From Chrysomallon squamiferum (lineage: Eukaryota > Animalia > Mollusca), in contig CM022678.1 of assembly GCA_012295275.1 (NCBI GenBank), positions 15,438,001 to 15,502,000 on the forward strand: DNA of 64,000 nucleotides, given 5' to 3'. Every line of letters starts with the position of its first letter. Position 1 is the first letter of the stretch. Under the pieces are notes generated by a model. It saw only the letters and a list, made by a program, of their open reading frames with translations, was not told the origin of the DNA and searched no databases. Positions 1 through 50,745 of the stretch are shown in pieces. The position numbers and the translations under genes were made by a program.

Positions 1-6338
<6,338 letters not shown>

Positions 6339-6598
6339 ATAGTGAACCCTGAACATTCTGATCGTTTTCCTAGAAGTTTGTGGAAAGATTTTATTATCAT
6401 TATCATGTCGTTGAGTTGTTCACTGAGTAGATCATTTGAAAAAACTAGTGAACGTATTACTGATATTTTACGTGTATATTTAAAAATAAAATAACATTAA
6501 TAATAAAAACAGCAGTATTATTCTAATGAGCCTTCTGCAACAATTACAACATTTTATTTGTATTCTGAAGCACAAAGCAATCGTACTTTGAAACATGT

Positions 6599-6634
<36 letters not shown>

Positions 6635-7269
6635 CCATTTTTAGTAATACAGACTTGTTATTTTGTGTTTTCATCTTAATTTTTATTACCTTTTTTATTT
6701 TTATTTTTATCTTTTTATTATTATTATTATTATTATTTGTTTTGTTTGACTTGCTATTTCTGTTTTGTTTGTTAGTTTGTGTACTATTTTTTTAATGTTT
6801 TAATTTTATTTATTTATTTATTTACTTATTTACTTATTTATTTATTTTTCAATAGGTTAATCGTTATAATCAGCCGTTACATTACATGTTAGACTGTATA
6901 CATTTATTTTAAAACACTACTCTAGACTACAGTATTTATTGACTGACAAAGTAACATTTCTTACTGCATGTGAATAGTTTTCGAAATTAAACATTATTGT
7001 ACACGTGTTTTGTCTTGTTTTATATTATGTTTCTGTTTTATATCAATTATTATTTTAATGTTTTCTTACAGCTGTATATATATATATATATATATATGTT
7101 TGTCGTTATTTAATAAATTTTATTGAATTAAATTGTATGTATTTTGCGAAAAATAAACTGAATAAAATAATTTGCTAGGGAAATTTTCATATTTTCTTGA
7201 TTTCATTTTATAATATATATTTACTGAACCTATATCTCTCTCTTTCTATATATATATTTATATGTATAG

Positions 7270-7315
<46 letters not shown>

Positions 7316-7671
7316 TATATATATCCCCATTTTTATATGCCCACACGAGCGCGCGCGCTTACACAAATACACAACAGTTACATGACAATACTGCAGTGAC
7401 TGTTTTGTTATAGACATTTTTATATTCTGCAGCAATATATTCTTGTACCTATAAAAACTATTAGCAATATTTAATTAAAAATTAGAATTATTTTTATACA
7501 CCTGTATGTTAATTATATTATTATTATTATTATTATTATTATCATCATCATCATCATCATTATCATCATTATTATTATTATTATTTATTTTTCATTATTA
7601 TTATTATTATTATGATTATTATTGTTTTGTGGTTTTTTTTTGTGTTTTTTTGTTTGTTGTTTGTGTGTTAT

Positions 7672-7747
<76 letters not shown>

Positions 7748-7913
7748 ATAGGATATGGGAGGGTTTTTTGTCAGCGTCTGAAAATTGTTTTTTAAGAAAA
7801 TAATCATGAAAAGTTGTAATTACTTTACTAGTAAAACAACGACATTCAGCAATTCACACTATTTATTATAATAAAAGATACATCTTCAGTTTTGAATATT
7901 TTTATATGTGTGC

Positions 7914-7957
<44 letters not shown>

Positions 7958-8681
7958 AGAATTGTAAATGATCACACAAATGTGCTCGTCTAACAAAATA
8001 AAATAAAACAAAACAAAACAAATAAATAAAGTTGCCCGTCTGCACTTACTACTTGACTATCATTAATAAATGTGTATCCAATCACAAAACCTGAAATTAG
8101 TTTTTTTAATAATAAAAAGCGAGAGAAAGATATTTATGAGAGTACTATTGAAGGAAGATAACTCTGATCAAATATGTCGAATTTAAAATACTCTGGAACT
8201 AAAATAAACAAGACTGCAAAAGAAGCCAGGTGCTTGTTTCCACTAACTTTATATAGTTCATCAGTGAATTCATAAGCGGAATCAGAATTCTAATTTATCT
8301 TTGAAAGAGAGCAATAATTAGAAAAACAATGAAATGGAAAAATAAAAGTTTTGGTATTTTTTTCTTCTTTTTTCCTTTGTAATATTGATTTGTTTAAATA
8401 AAACTAAATAAATATGGTGCGTCTTTATTAGTATTAAGGAGAGAAATATCAGTCTAGACTGAAATTAGGAATCTTTTAATAATATAAACCCAGCAAGATA
8501 TAAAACAATTATTTATTTTTTGTTGTTGTTGTTTTCTACTTTATTTGCAAGATGGTAAATAGTTTTCATCTCAATGAGTATGGCACATAATTATTGGTAA
8601 TAAGAATAATAAGAATTTTTAAATTATTATTATTATTTAGCTGTAAATTAACTAAGCGTAGAAAACTATTAAAAAGATACT

Positions 8682-8712
<31 letters not shown>

Positions 8713-9054
8713 ATGGCTAAATATTAAGATTTATATAAAACAGAATATTTGAACAGCAGATATTAAAAGCGCCGGAAGGAAGAATATATATATTTTCATT
8801 TGTTGAAAAACATCAGATTAGATCTGAAACAACTAGATAATATTTTTGGCACAAAACTAAATAGTCAACCGGAAATTGTGTACAACTGTAGATCAAAGGT
8901 ATTTCAATCATTGCTGTCTTCGTTTATCTGAAACAGAAAATGATATTAATTTATGTTTATTATGTTTTTATTATAATGAAAATGTCGATGTTTTACATTT
9001 TCGTTTTGCTTTATTTTATTTTAATTCATTTTATTTAATTATTTATACAAGTTC

Positions 9055-9100
<46 letters not shown>

Positions 9101-9282
9101 CATAAAGATAAATTATATCTGTTAAGTTAACAGGGACATAATAATTAATTGTGAAAGTATTACAAATTTAATTGTCAAGGCAGAAATAATAATAACAACA
9201 ACAATAATAATAATAATAGCAGTAGTGGTAAGTAAGTAAGTAAGTACGTAAGTACGTAATAAGGCTGATACCTGTAAAGTGT

Positions 9283-9419
9283 TTACAGAAGACGGACAGA
9301 ACTGGCCAGTGGCTGGTTTGGCACGGGTACAGATTCAACAGACGCCACAGACTGCACGTAGCCTGGCTCGTACTCTAAAGAGGTTCCGGTGTAAACCCAC
9401 TTTGTGTCTGCACCGCTAG
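9283..9419 (-). CDS. Probable alternative terminal coding exon of cadherin-like gene B
   Basis: GC-rich island in AT-rich DNA. The acceptor ...tatttaaag|CT is in phase 1, matching the exon 28 donor (GAA G|gt). It reads ASGADTKWVYTGTSLEYEPGYVQSVASVESVPVPNQPLASSVRLL* with no internal stop. Confidence 0.6.
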
Positions 9420-9912
9420 CTTTAAATAATAATAATAATAATAACAACAACAACTAATAATAATAATAATAATAATTAGAAGAAAAAATGTATAATGTGT
9501 GTTTGTATTTTAAGCGGAACCCCAAATAAACGATCGCTTCCGGATTGTCGAAAAGCTCATTTATTTGTTGATGTTCCTTTAATTTTAGGGTAAGTTATAA
9601 TTTTTCTTTTCAAAATCACTATCAAAATGAAGCATTACAATATAATTTTATGTAATTATTAAATTTCGATTTTTATTTTTTTTTTTTTTTTTTTATGTTT
9701 CAGCATTTCTAGATAGTTCGGCATTTCTAGATTCTTCTTTCATCATTTTGGAAATAAAATAAACAGGTTAGAGAAATTTTTAAATTCAGTACTAATATAA
9801 TTCTTGTTCTTATATAGCTAAACAGAAATACATTATTATATGTCTTCTGCAAGATGACTAATTTATTTCTTTTCATTGCTACCATATAGTACATTTTTTC
9901 TTGTTTATTTAT

Positions 9913-10004
<92 letters not shown>

Positions 10005-10807
10005 ACTATTAAATGTAATATTTTAATTTTAAAATATTTAGACAAATTAATGGATATTTTCATTTTCATATCTTATATTTCATTATTTGTTACATGAATA
10101 ATTATAAATTTTTAACACTAAATATGCTTAATAAATAATATTGCACAGATGATTTAATAAAGTAAATAAAAAATGTTTACAAGCAATAATGACATTATAT
10201 TATTGCAAATATTAAGGGACTATAGGCATGCTGAAATCAAAGATAAAAATTCACATCAACATTTTGCTAAGAAGAAAAACTGATAAAAGTTTCATTAATT
10301 TGTGAATGATTATTTTTCTGCTGGACTAACACTGAAGTGAGGACATGTAGGTATTTTCTTAAAATTATAGATTTTAGAATATAATTTTATATTTATTTAG
10401 TAATAGTATTATTGCTACTATTCTTGTTTTTACTGCTGATGTAAATGTTCATGTTTTTTCCCCTTCTTTTTTATTGGATTTTCTTTTTTTATTCTTCTTG
10501 TTCATATTGTTATTACTGTTGATGATGGTGGTAGTCATGATGGTGATGTTTTTGACTTTTTCTTATATTTGTTTTGGAAGCGTGTTGAGGTTACAGAGAA
10601 ATTGAATGAAGCACACAACAACAACAAACTATTGTATATTTTTTTCATTTTCTTAACAGTAACCATTAGTAATATTATTCAAGCTATTCAGAGCTATCTG
10701 TTATGAACTTTGTGTATCATTTGCTAGACTTCTTCAACCTGTCTCAAATATGCTTGTATTATGATTGTTTACATAACACCACTCAGTTTCCAAAAATCTG
10801 GTTTCTA

Positions 10808-11127
10808 CAGGTTGTGAATCTTTTATCTGAAATGCTTGAGACCAGAAGTGCTTCGGATTTCAGAATGTATAGGATTTTAGATTACTAGGAGATGAGAATA
10901 GGATGTAAGTCTAAATACAAATTCCATTTATATTTTATATACGGTATACAGGTGGTGTGCAGGATTTTCTGTAGAATATTTAAAATAATTTTGTGCTTAA
11001 AATAAAGTTTGTATATGCAAAACATTCCTAAAATTGAAAGGTACCAATATTTCTGCTGCTTGGAAAAAGTTTTTGGCTATGGAGCCGTATGGATTTTAGA
11101 ATTTTTGAATAATGGATCCTCAGCCTG
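10808..11127. mobile_element. Non-autonomous Tigger/pogo-type (Tc1/mariner superfamily) MITE, 320 bp
   Basis: TA flanks both sides (10806-10807, 11128-11129). The imperfect ~25-bp TIRs are CAGGTTGTGAATCTTTTATCTGAAA and, as reverse complement of the right end, CAGGCTGAGGATCCATTATTCAAAA. No ORF. Confidence 0.8.
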
Positions 11128-12290
11128 TAAAACTAAAGTGTGGTATCTGCTGTCCTGTTTGAAGTTTTAAGTTAAAGATTTCTTGCTTATATTCAAAAAC
11201 AATCTAACACTGTAACTATAAGCTAAAGCATATTAAGCTGGCACATTTAAATTTAATGATATTTATTTAGTAATAAAACTAATTATTACTAACATATGTA
11301 TGTCAATATTGTATCAAGTATATAAATTATGTATGTGTATGTGTTTTGTGTTTGATTTATTTGAGTTTGTATAAATATGTGTTTGAATGAGTATGTGTGT
11401 TAACATGTATGTGAGTGTACAAGCATGTGCATGTGTGTTTATAGTGTGTATATGTGTGTTTTTGACTGAGAGAAGGTGTTTGCAGGTTTGTGTGAGGGTG
11501 CTTGTCTGTATGTGTGTATGTTTGTATACATATTTGAATAAATAAATGAAAACAACTTAAACTATCAATAAATTCTTTAATCTGTAAATATTCATAAAAC
11601 TTAAACAACACAAGGAAAATATGCTGTTACTTCATTATATAAGTAAGTGTATGTATATACAGTAATAAATAATATTCTAAATAATAATCACAGACATTAA
11701 AACATTGTTCAGAATACAGAAAGAATTTTTTTATTTTTTTATTTACAATTTAAATCTCTCTGAATCTTCATCGTTAGAATGACTTGTCAATATACTACTC
11801 GGTTACAGTATTTAGACATTTTGTATAATGATGCTACACAACCTTGCTGTCACATAGAGATGAAAATATATATCTTTATGTGACATTGTTTTATTAAACT
11901 ACATGATATTTTCTAATTATCGTTAGTTTTATATGTAACAGTAATATATATTTTTTTATTTATTTAATTTAATTTATTTTATTTTATTTCAAAATAAGAT
12001 GAATATGACATTATTTATGATTCTCTGGTTCAGTAAACCTTTTAAAAATGTCCTCAGAAATGTCTGTGAAATATTTTTACATAATTACTATTATTATGAC
12101 TTTTTAAAAAGTCACTGAACAAAACATTTATTAACATTATTTGGTGACGTGTAGGATCAAAATATAATGTAGACTGTGTTTCTAATATTTTATATGTATT
12201 TTTCATGTCAGTAGTTAATTTAACATAACGAAAGGTGTTTAGTTTTTTGAAATAGTCAATAAAAGTGATTAAACTTCTGTGTAATTCTGT

Positions 12291-41774
<29,484 letters not shown>

Positions 41775-42040
41775 CCCGCTGAAGTAAAGTTGTCTTCGCC
41801 TTAGAGTTAATGTAAGTAGATGTATATGCACGCAAGTGTTTACAGTAAAACAGACTCAGTATTCTGCAGTCGAGAGAAGTAATATATCCCAAACTATCCT
41901 GTACAACAACCTTATTTTTAAATCTTAGCAGTGATTCACATTAATATCAAGTACAAAAACTTTATTTAAAAATCTTAGCAATCAAGTCACATTAACACAT
42001 TTAATAGCAGCATTAGTGTAGAAAGTACCATCTCTCTCTT

Positions 42041-42048
42041 TGACGTCA
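42041..42048. promoter_or_regulatory. Palindromic CRE (CREB/ATF-type) site upstream of gene B
   Basis: A perfect TGACGTCA lies about 270 bp upstream of the gene B ATG, in the ~2.9-kb divergent intergenic region shared with APOOL. Function is untested. Confidence 0.35.
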
Positions 42049-43017
42049 TGAAAGAAACGTGTTTTTCCGAGTGACAATATTTTCTATACGGCTTTTAATT
42101 TTTGTCTATTGAAATAAACGGATAGGTCGTTTTGTTCACATCGAGGCGCTTGCTCACAAAACAGCTTACATGAATAATTAATTGTACGGCTATAAAGACT
42201 ATGTCATATGTGCGTATGTCTAACCGCATTGCGTTTTGTGCTTTGTTAGGATTCCTAAACTGTCATATTGAAACACGAGATTTATTTATTTTTCTCTAGC
42301 ACAGTTTTTTTTTTTTTTTTTTTTGTCTTTGTTATAGTAATATAACCCTTTCGGTTTTCAATAGAGTACCTAAGTTATCAGCGAAATCGTTCAACTATTC
42401 CTTTCATCTGAACAAAATAGTTTAAAAGAGAGTTGTAGGTTTTATTTTCATTTTTCGACTAATCTTGGTTCAGTCAACGAGTTTGTATTAATCTTACGTC
42501 AAAACTTTCAAACCTTTTCAGAAATGTAGGACATCTGGATTTATAGCTGTTTTAGTTATTCATGAGAAAAACATTTAATGTTGATCATTTAATATGTACT
42601 TAACGACCGATTTGAAAAATGAACGAATAAAATAATATAATATTTATACTGTTTTATTTTAACTTTATTTCTATAATTTTATATGTATGTATGTCTGTAA
42701 ATATGTATGTAAGTATGTATATGTATGTAACATAAGGCGTGAATCATGAATTTCAGAAAAGGAGAACATAATAATACTGTATAAGTTTCAAAGTAAATTT
42801 CATTATTAAAAAGGAAGGTTCAAATGTCGGGTTATGATTGTGAAACTTTGGAAAGATCATGTCGTTGTGTCCTAGATATTCGTTTTTAAATGAGAGATGA
42901 TGGTGATGACGATGGTGATGATGTTGATGGGGTGTGAAAGAGATAGACAGAGTGACATAAATAAAAGCGACAGACCGGCTGAGAGAGAATGAAACAGAAA
43001 TAGCAAGATAGAACAAC

Positions 43018-43124
<107 letters not shown>

Positions 43125-43678
43125 TTGACAAGGTTATTTAATAGAAATTCTTTTTACACTCTGATTTATTGCCAAACGTCTCCTGACCCAGTGTCAGTGG
43201 CGATTTAAATATGTTTACCAGCTCACCGCACTTGACAGTTGAAAACACACTTAGTAGCATGCGTATTGTAATGCAAATCTCAGCAACACAAGTTCAGTAT
43301 TCACAACAGAGCTGGTGTCAGGATTGTAAAAGTTTGACAAAACATGACTCATTTTTCCACAGTTTTTTTGTTGTTGTTTTTTATACTTATTTATTATGTT
43401 TGATTTTCTTTTACATTTCAGAGAATGGTTTCAGAGTGATTAGGGTTGGGCTTTTGGTCAAACAGAATAGATCAGAATAAAGCTCAAGGCCAAGTGAAAT
43501 AATACCTAATACAAACATTTATGTGTGGCGTAATTTGATCCTTTATATTTGAAATTTAATAATAATAATAATAATAATAATAACAGCAACAACAACAACA
43601 ATAATAATAATAATAATAATAACAATAATAATAATAACAATAATAATGTCTATGTTAGAAGACTTCCAAACTACACAC

Positions 43679-43762
<84 letters not shown>

Positions 43763-44728
43763 ACAGAACATTACTGGGTTTACGGTAATGATTTTGATCG
43801 TTATATTTACAAACTTAATAAAATAATTATAAATTAATTCTGAGATAATAATTTTCATAAGCATTGTAATGATATCCTATTATTATTATTATTAATATCG
43901 TTGTTGTTGTCGTTGATGTCAGTGTCGATATTGTTGTTATCATTTTTATTATTATGTCATTACTGAATCTATATTTGTTTGTATTTAACTATGAGCTGAA
44001 TAAACAGTATTTTTTTTTAACTTATGAACAGTGCGTTTCCTCTGAGATCGACCGTCACATTGCTATCTTTTTATCGTTTTGTTTATTCATAGATTTTTAT
44101 GTATTTATTTATTTATTTATTATTGATGCTGTTGTTGTTTATTATAATTTTGCTTTTGTGTTTTTGTTTGTTCATAATTCGATAAAAGAAATAATATTAA
44201 ACAATATAATAATTTATAATTTTTTTGTAGATTAAAATAATAATAATAACAACAACAACAACAATAATAAAATAACAATAATAATATTATACCAATGAAA
44301 GAAAATCAAAATATTAGTAAGAGAAAATAATCAGCACTTTACTTAATTAAAGTAATGGTGCGATATCACAGCTTTAGGCATGGTTATAGGTAAACGGCAG
44401 TGTATGTATGAAACTAATGTTACAATAAGAATAACGCTAAATGATCAAATGAGGCAAACAATGTTACTGAAAATTTAGCGGAATGATGTAATTTATTAAC
44501 ATTCTTTTTAATATAGAATAATATTTCATTTTATTTGTTTATGACTAATAACCAAAAAATATTAATTTACCCCACAAAAAAAAAAAAAAATAAAATAAAA
44601 TAAAATAATTATGAGTCAACGCGAAATATATGATATTATAGTCATATATAATTATAAACAAACAAAAATGTGGAATGTTTTGAGTTATATCAGTGTATGG
44701 GAGATAACTCTGATTAGTTGTTGCAAAA

Positions 44729-47700
44729 ATGGCCGCATCCCAAGTAAGTTTTGACCTTTACCGTTAATAAAATACACGACTCACAATCTTAGCGTTTGCT
44801 GACACTGTAGATTCTGTTAACTGTTACTTGTTACTGAGGTTTTTGTTTTCCTGATGCAGTTTTGCATTTCATAAGATGATGATATTTTTATTTTTGAATT
44901 TTATTTATAGTTTTTAAAATTAAAAAAACTGATCACGTTAGAAATAAATGTTTTATCAATATGCCGTTAAAAGGTTTATATTTTGACAAGATATTAATAG
45001 TAAGACAAACCGCGAAGAAGAAACCAGACATTAGAAAAAGGAAGGTGCAATACTCTAAATCTAATATTTTACCAGACATTCAAGCAAAATAATAATTGGA
45101 TTCTTTTTTCTCCTTGCACTTTCTCTGACTCTGTTTCTGTTGTAATTACTGATTGGATCGAAAGCAGAATTATCGCTGAAAATATTTCTAGTTAACAAAC
45201 AACTTATTATACATCCTCATATTCTAATAAACTAATTATATAACATACATCTACCAAAATTAATTTAATATTTCGAAAGAAGATGTAAATTTAGTTTTAG
45301 ATCAGTTTACTAAAATTAATGTTTCTTTATTATTATTAATAATTTTAATTGTTTCATAAAGAATAATCCAGTGTTGGATTTACAGGTGACTTGTGTTAAA
45401 ACAGATCAGAGTTGTGTTTTCTCTCACAGTATTTTACAACTTCTACTCTGTGCTTTTATTTATTTATTTATTTTTCTGTATTTCAGGTTTTAAAAGCCAG
45501 CAGATTAGGCACAGTGACAGTAATGGCGGGATTGCCTTTTCTTTCATACAAAGTCTACGCTGCAGAAGCAAAACCATGTACCTGTAGTTCATTAACAAAA
45601 GTGTCAGTTTGTGAGGTAACATTTTTATACTAATAGAAGAAAATTCATTATCCAGACATTTTAGACAATATCATTGACACATTTAGAAATAACACGAATA
45701 TATGAAGGATTAATAAATTTCACTTTTGGGATATTTATGGCAAAACAATCTCTAAATTTAAATTTTTATATGCGGCCTTGTTTTATTTGTGTATGACTGC
45801 AGGACAGAGGGTATTTTTATTTATTTCATTTTAAGAAATTTTAGAATAATCTAAAAGAGGTTGATATCTGTGTGTGTGTGTGTGTCATGATTACAAACAT
45901 TTTTCAGTTTAAAACTGCTATGTGGGATATTGGGCAAGAAAGGAAATCTTTATTTTTTTATTGCTTTTTTTTAAATCTCTAAACCGATCCTGGCTCAAAT
46001 TTTAATATATGTGTGTGTGATTTCTAGCTCTGTTGATGCTGTTCATTCTGTAATTACTTGGATATTTAGATTTTTCTGTTTTCAGCTGCCTATATATGGC
46101 AACCCAGAAGATAAATTCAAGTACAAGTACATACCAGAACAAGAATCCATGTTTCGAAGAAGTGTGTCGTCTGCCCGTGAGTCTGTGTGGGAGTACCTGG
46201 ATTCCATGCAGGTGAGTCAGATGCAAATCTGTTTTTACCTGTGAAACTTTCACCTCATCTCTCAGACTAATATCTGTTTTTACCTGTCAAACATTCACCT
46301 CATCTCTCAGACTAATATCTGTTTTTACATTTCAAACATTCATCTCATCTCTCAGACTAATATCTGTTTTTACCTGTCAAACATTCATCTCATCTCTCAG
46401 ACTAATATCTGTTTTTACATTTCAAACATTCATCTCATCTCTCAGACTAATATCTATTTTTATCTTTCAAACTTTCATCTCATCTCTCAGACTAATATCT
46501 GTTTTTACATTTCAAACATTCATCTCATCTCTCAGACTAATATCTGTTTTTACATTTCAAACATTCATCTCATCTCTCAGACTAATATCTGTTTTTACAT
46601 TTCAAACATTCATCTCATCTCTCAGACTAATATCTGTTTTTACCTGTCAAACATTCACCTCATCTCTCAGACTAATATCTGTTTTTACATTTCAAACATT
46701 CATCTCATCTCTCAGACTAATATCTGTTTTTACATTTCAAACATTCATCTCATCTCTCAGACTAATATCTGTTTTTACATTTCAAACATTCATCTCATCT
46801 CTCAGACTAATATCTGTTTTTACATTTCAAACATTCATCTCATCTCTCAGACTAATATCTGTTTTTACATTTCAAACATTCATCTCATCTCTCAGACTAA
46901 TATCTGTTTTTACATTTGTGAAACATTCACCTCATCTCTCAGACTAATATCTGTTTTTACATTTCAAACATTCACCTCATCTCTCAGACTAATATCTGTT
47001 TTTACATTTCAAACATTCATCTCATCTCTCAGACTAATATCTGTTTTTACCTGTCAAACATTCATCTCATCTCTCAGACTAATATCTGTTTTTACCTTTC
47101 AAACATTCATCTCATCTCTCAGACTAATATCTGTTTTTACATTTCAAACATTCATCTCATCTCTCAGACTAATATCTGTTTTTACATTTCAAACATTCAT
47201 CTCATCTCTCAGACTAATATCTGTTTTTACATTTCAAACATTCATCTCATCTCTCAGACTAATATCTGTTTTTACATTTCAAACATTCATCTCATCTCTC
47301 AGACTAATATCTGTTTTTACCTGTCAAACATTCATCTCATCTCTCAGACTAATATCTGTTTTTACATTTCAAACATTCATCTCATCTCTCAGACTAATAT
47401 CTGTTTTTACATTTCAAACATTCATCTCATCTCTCAGACTAATATCTGTTTTTACCTGCCAAACATTCACCTCATCTCTCAGACTAATATCTGTTTTTAC
47501 ATTTCAAACATTCATCTCATCTCTCAGACTAATATCTGTTTTTACATTTCAAACATTCATCTCATCTCTCAGACTAATATCTGTTTTTACATTTCAAACA
47601 TTCATCTCATCTCTCAGACTAATATCTGTTTTTACATTTCAAACATTCATCTCATCTCTCAGACTAATATCTGTTTTTACATTTCAAACATTCATCTCAT

Positions 47701-50700
47701 CTCTCAGACTAATATCTGTTTTTACCTGTCAAACATTCATCTCATCTCTCAGACTAATATCTGTTTTTACATTTCAAACATTCATCTCATCTCTCAGACT
47801 AATATCTGTTTTTACATTTCAAACATTCATCTCATCTCTCAGACTAATATCTGTTTTTACCTGTCAAACATTCATCTCATCTCTCAGAATAATATCTGTT
47901 TTTACATTTCAAACATTAACTTCATCTCTCAGACTAATATCTGTTCTTACCTGTCAAACATTCACTTTATTTTGTATTTGTAATGAATGATATTTCAGTC
48001 TGTCTTAATTTAGTTCTAAACATTAGAAACTTTTTATTAGATATTTTTTTTTAAATGCCAACCACAAAACCCTATAAATACAACAAAAAAACGTATATAA
48101 ATATATATATTATTAATTACTAAAAATATACATAATTTTAAGTGCAGTTTGCTAATAGAAAATTAAACCTTTGGTTATAAGCCTGTGATGTTGCCTCATA
48201 AATTATTTAATATGTTTTTATTTTTTTATTTAGTGTTTTTACAAGTCTAATGTATTCGTTTCTTTGTACAGGACACAACTGACAAAATTCAGAAAAATTA
48301 TTACAAATATTCCACACTTCTTAAAGGTAGGAACACTGAGGCTATTTATCCTAAAATGTTAAAACTTTCTTTTTATTATTTTTACTGTTTAATAAATTAT
48401 TTACTTGTTATATGTAAAATAATAAAAGTAATCTTGTTTCCATAATAGACACTAAAATTAACTTTAAAGTTAATGTGAGTCAAACTTATTCCTGTTCCAG
48501 TAACAATTTGAATCTATCTGTATTTGAGTTGTGTTGATAATGAGTTATATGTCTTTAGGTGATCAAATGGAATTGGTGTTTTATGGTGTGGGTGATTGTT
48601 TGGAATGCTGTTAAAAATTTCTGTTAGTGTTATACAATGTGGGTATATTTCTGTTATAACTGATGTGGTCAGTCCTATATAAATAATTGTTTATTGTGAA
48701 ATATGACTTACAGTTATTTCTCAAGATACCTGTCATGACCCACTATATCTCTTCAATTCTGAATCTAACAATATAACTCTGGCTCAGACGAACGACTATG
48801 TTCTTCATAGAGATATAAATGTTTGTTGATGTGAGAATTAATGAATGTTACAGTGTTTGTGTGTTGCAGGCTATGTGAAGTGTATTAATGTACATACAGT
48901 ATTTGTGTGTTACAGGTTATGTGAAGTGTATTAATGTACATACAGTATTTGTGTGTTACAGGTTATGTGAAGTGTATTAATGTACATACAGTGTTTGTGT
49001 GTTGCAGGCTATGTGAAGTGTATTAATGTACATACAGTGTTTGTGTGTTGTTGGCTATGTAAAGTTTATTAATGTACTACAGTATTTGTGTGTTGTTGGC
49101 TATGTAAAGTTTATTAATGTACTACAGTATTTGTGTGTTGTTGGCTATGTAAAGTTTATTAATGTACTACAGTGTTTTGTGTGTTGTTGGCTATGTAAAG
49201 TTTATTAATGTACTACAGTATTTGTGTGTTGTTGGCTATGTAAAGTTTATTAATGTACTACAGTATTTGTGTGTTGTTGGCTATGTAAAGTTTATTAATG
49301 TACTACAGTATTTGTGTGTTGTTGGCTATGTAAAGTTTATTAATGTACTACAGTATTTGTGTGTTGTTGGCTATGTGAAGTTTATTAATGTACTACAGTA
49401 TTTGTGTGTTGTTGGCTATGTGAAGTTTATTAATGTACTACAGTATTTGTGTGTTGTTGGCTATGTGAAGTTTATTAATGTACTACAGTATTTGTGTGTT
49501 GCAGGCTATGTGAAGTTTATTAATGTACTACAGTATTTGTGTGTTGCAGGTTATGTGAAGTGTATTAATGTACTACAGTATTTGTGTGTTGCAGGCTATG
49601 TGAAGTGTATTAATGTGTATTCTGTGTTTGTGTGTTGCAGGTTATGTGAAGTTTCTACAGGAAGATCCCTCAGTGTTACCTAAAGCTGCAGTGATAACTG
49701 TGTCTGGTTTAGGAGGAATAGTGGCTGGATATAGAGGTAGTCATAAATAAAAAATTAGTCATTTTTATCAAATACATAGTTAGATGTGTAGTCATTTTAA
49801 AACTCTACAGACATAGTATTACAGTCACAGAAATGAATCAGTTAAATATGTAGTCTATTGAAAATTATGCATGAACAGATTTATTAAATATATAAATATA
49901 TAGTCATTTTAAAATTATACAGACATAGCCAGACAAATTAGATATGTAGTCATTTTAAAACTATTCGTAGTCACACAGAATGAATCTGTTAACTATGTAG
50001 TCAGATGGATAGTCATTATAAAATTATACAGAGCTAGTAACATAATGAACAACTTTATCCACTGTAAATACATAGTCAGATGTATAGTCATTTTAAACCT
50101 GAAGAGAGGTAGTCATATAATGAGTCATTTTGAACCTATATAGAAGTCACTAGCAAATAAGAGAGATGAGTCAAAAATGGTTTAATTTTGTGAAAACATT
50201 CAGTATTAAAATCAAGTGACAGGAGACAAGTTCACATGACTGTCAAAATTCTTTATCCTAGCTGTTATTAAACTATTTCTTAATTCCAATATACAGGTGG
50301 AGTTTTCAGAAAATTGTTCTTCTGTGCATCAGCAATGACAGCAGCCACAGCGTTGTGTTACCCAAAAGAAGCAGTCAAAATATCGTCAGCAGCGTTAGAC
50401 TCAGCCTTCGCTCAAGCGATGAAAACTTGGGATAATCTGTGTAAGTTATCCTCAGAAAATATGTTTTGTTTGACTTAGAAAGTTAAAAATATTTGATGAT
50501 CCTGAATTTCAGAAAGAATTTCAGAAAGCAAGCTCTGAATACCAAATTTTTAAATTTAAATAATTATTAATTGGTACGTAGCAGACTGTTTTATTCTTGG
50601 TCAAATACAGATAAATATGCCAGTTATTTATTATTGTTATTATTATTATTAATATTAGTATTATTATTAATATAAGTATTATTAATTTCCTTATTTTTAT

Positions 50701-50705
50701 TATTT

Positions 50706-50745
<40 letters not shown>

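Noticed and set aside
49162-49683. 173-aa ORF of a 15-aa repeat as an extended APOOL exon
   Set aside because: It is out of frame with APOOL exon 5 because the last unit is 46 nt, and it ends in a stop. The 229-aa protein is complete without it.
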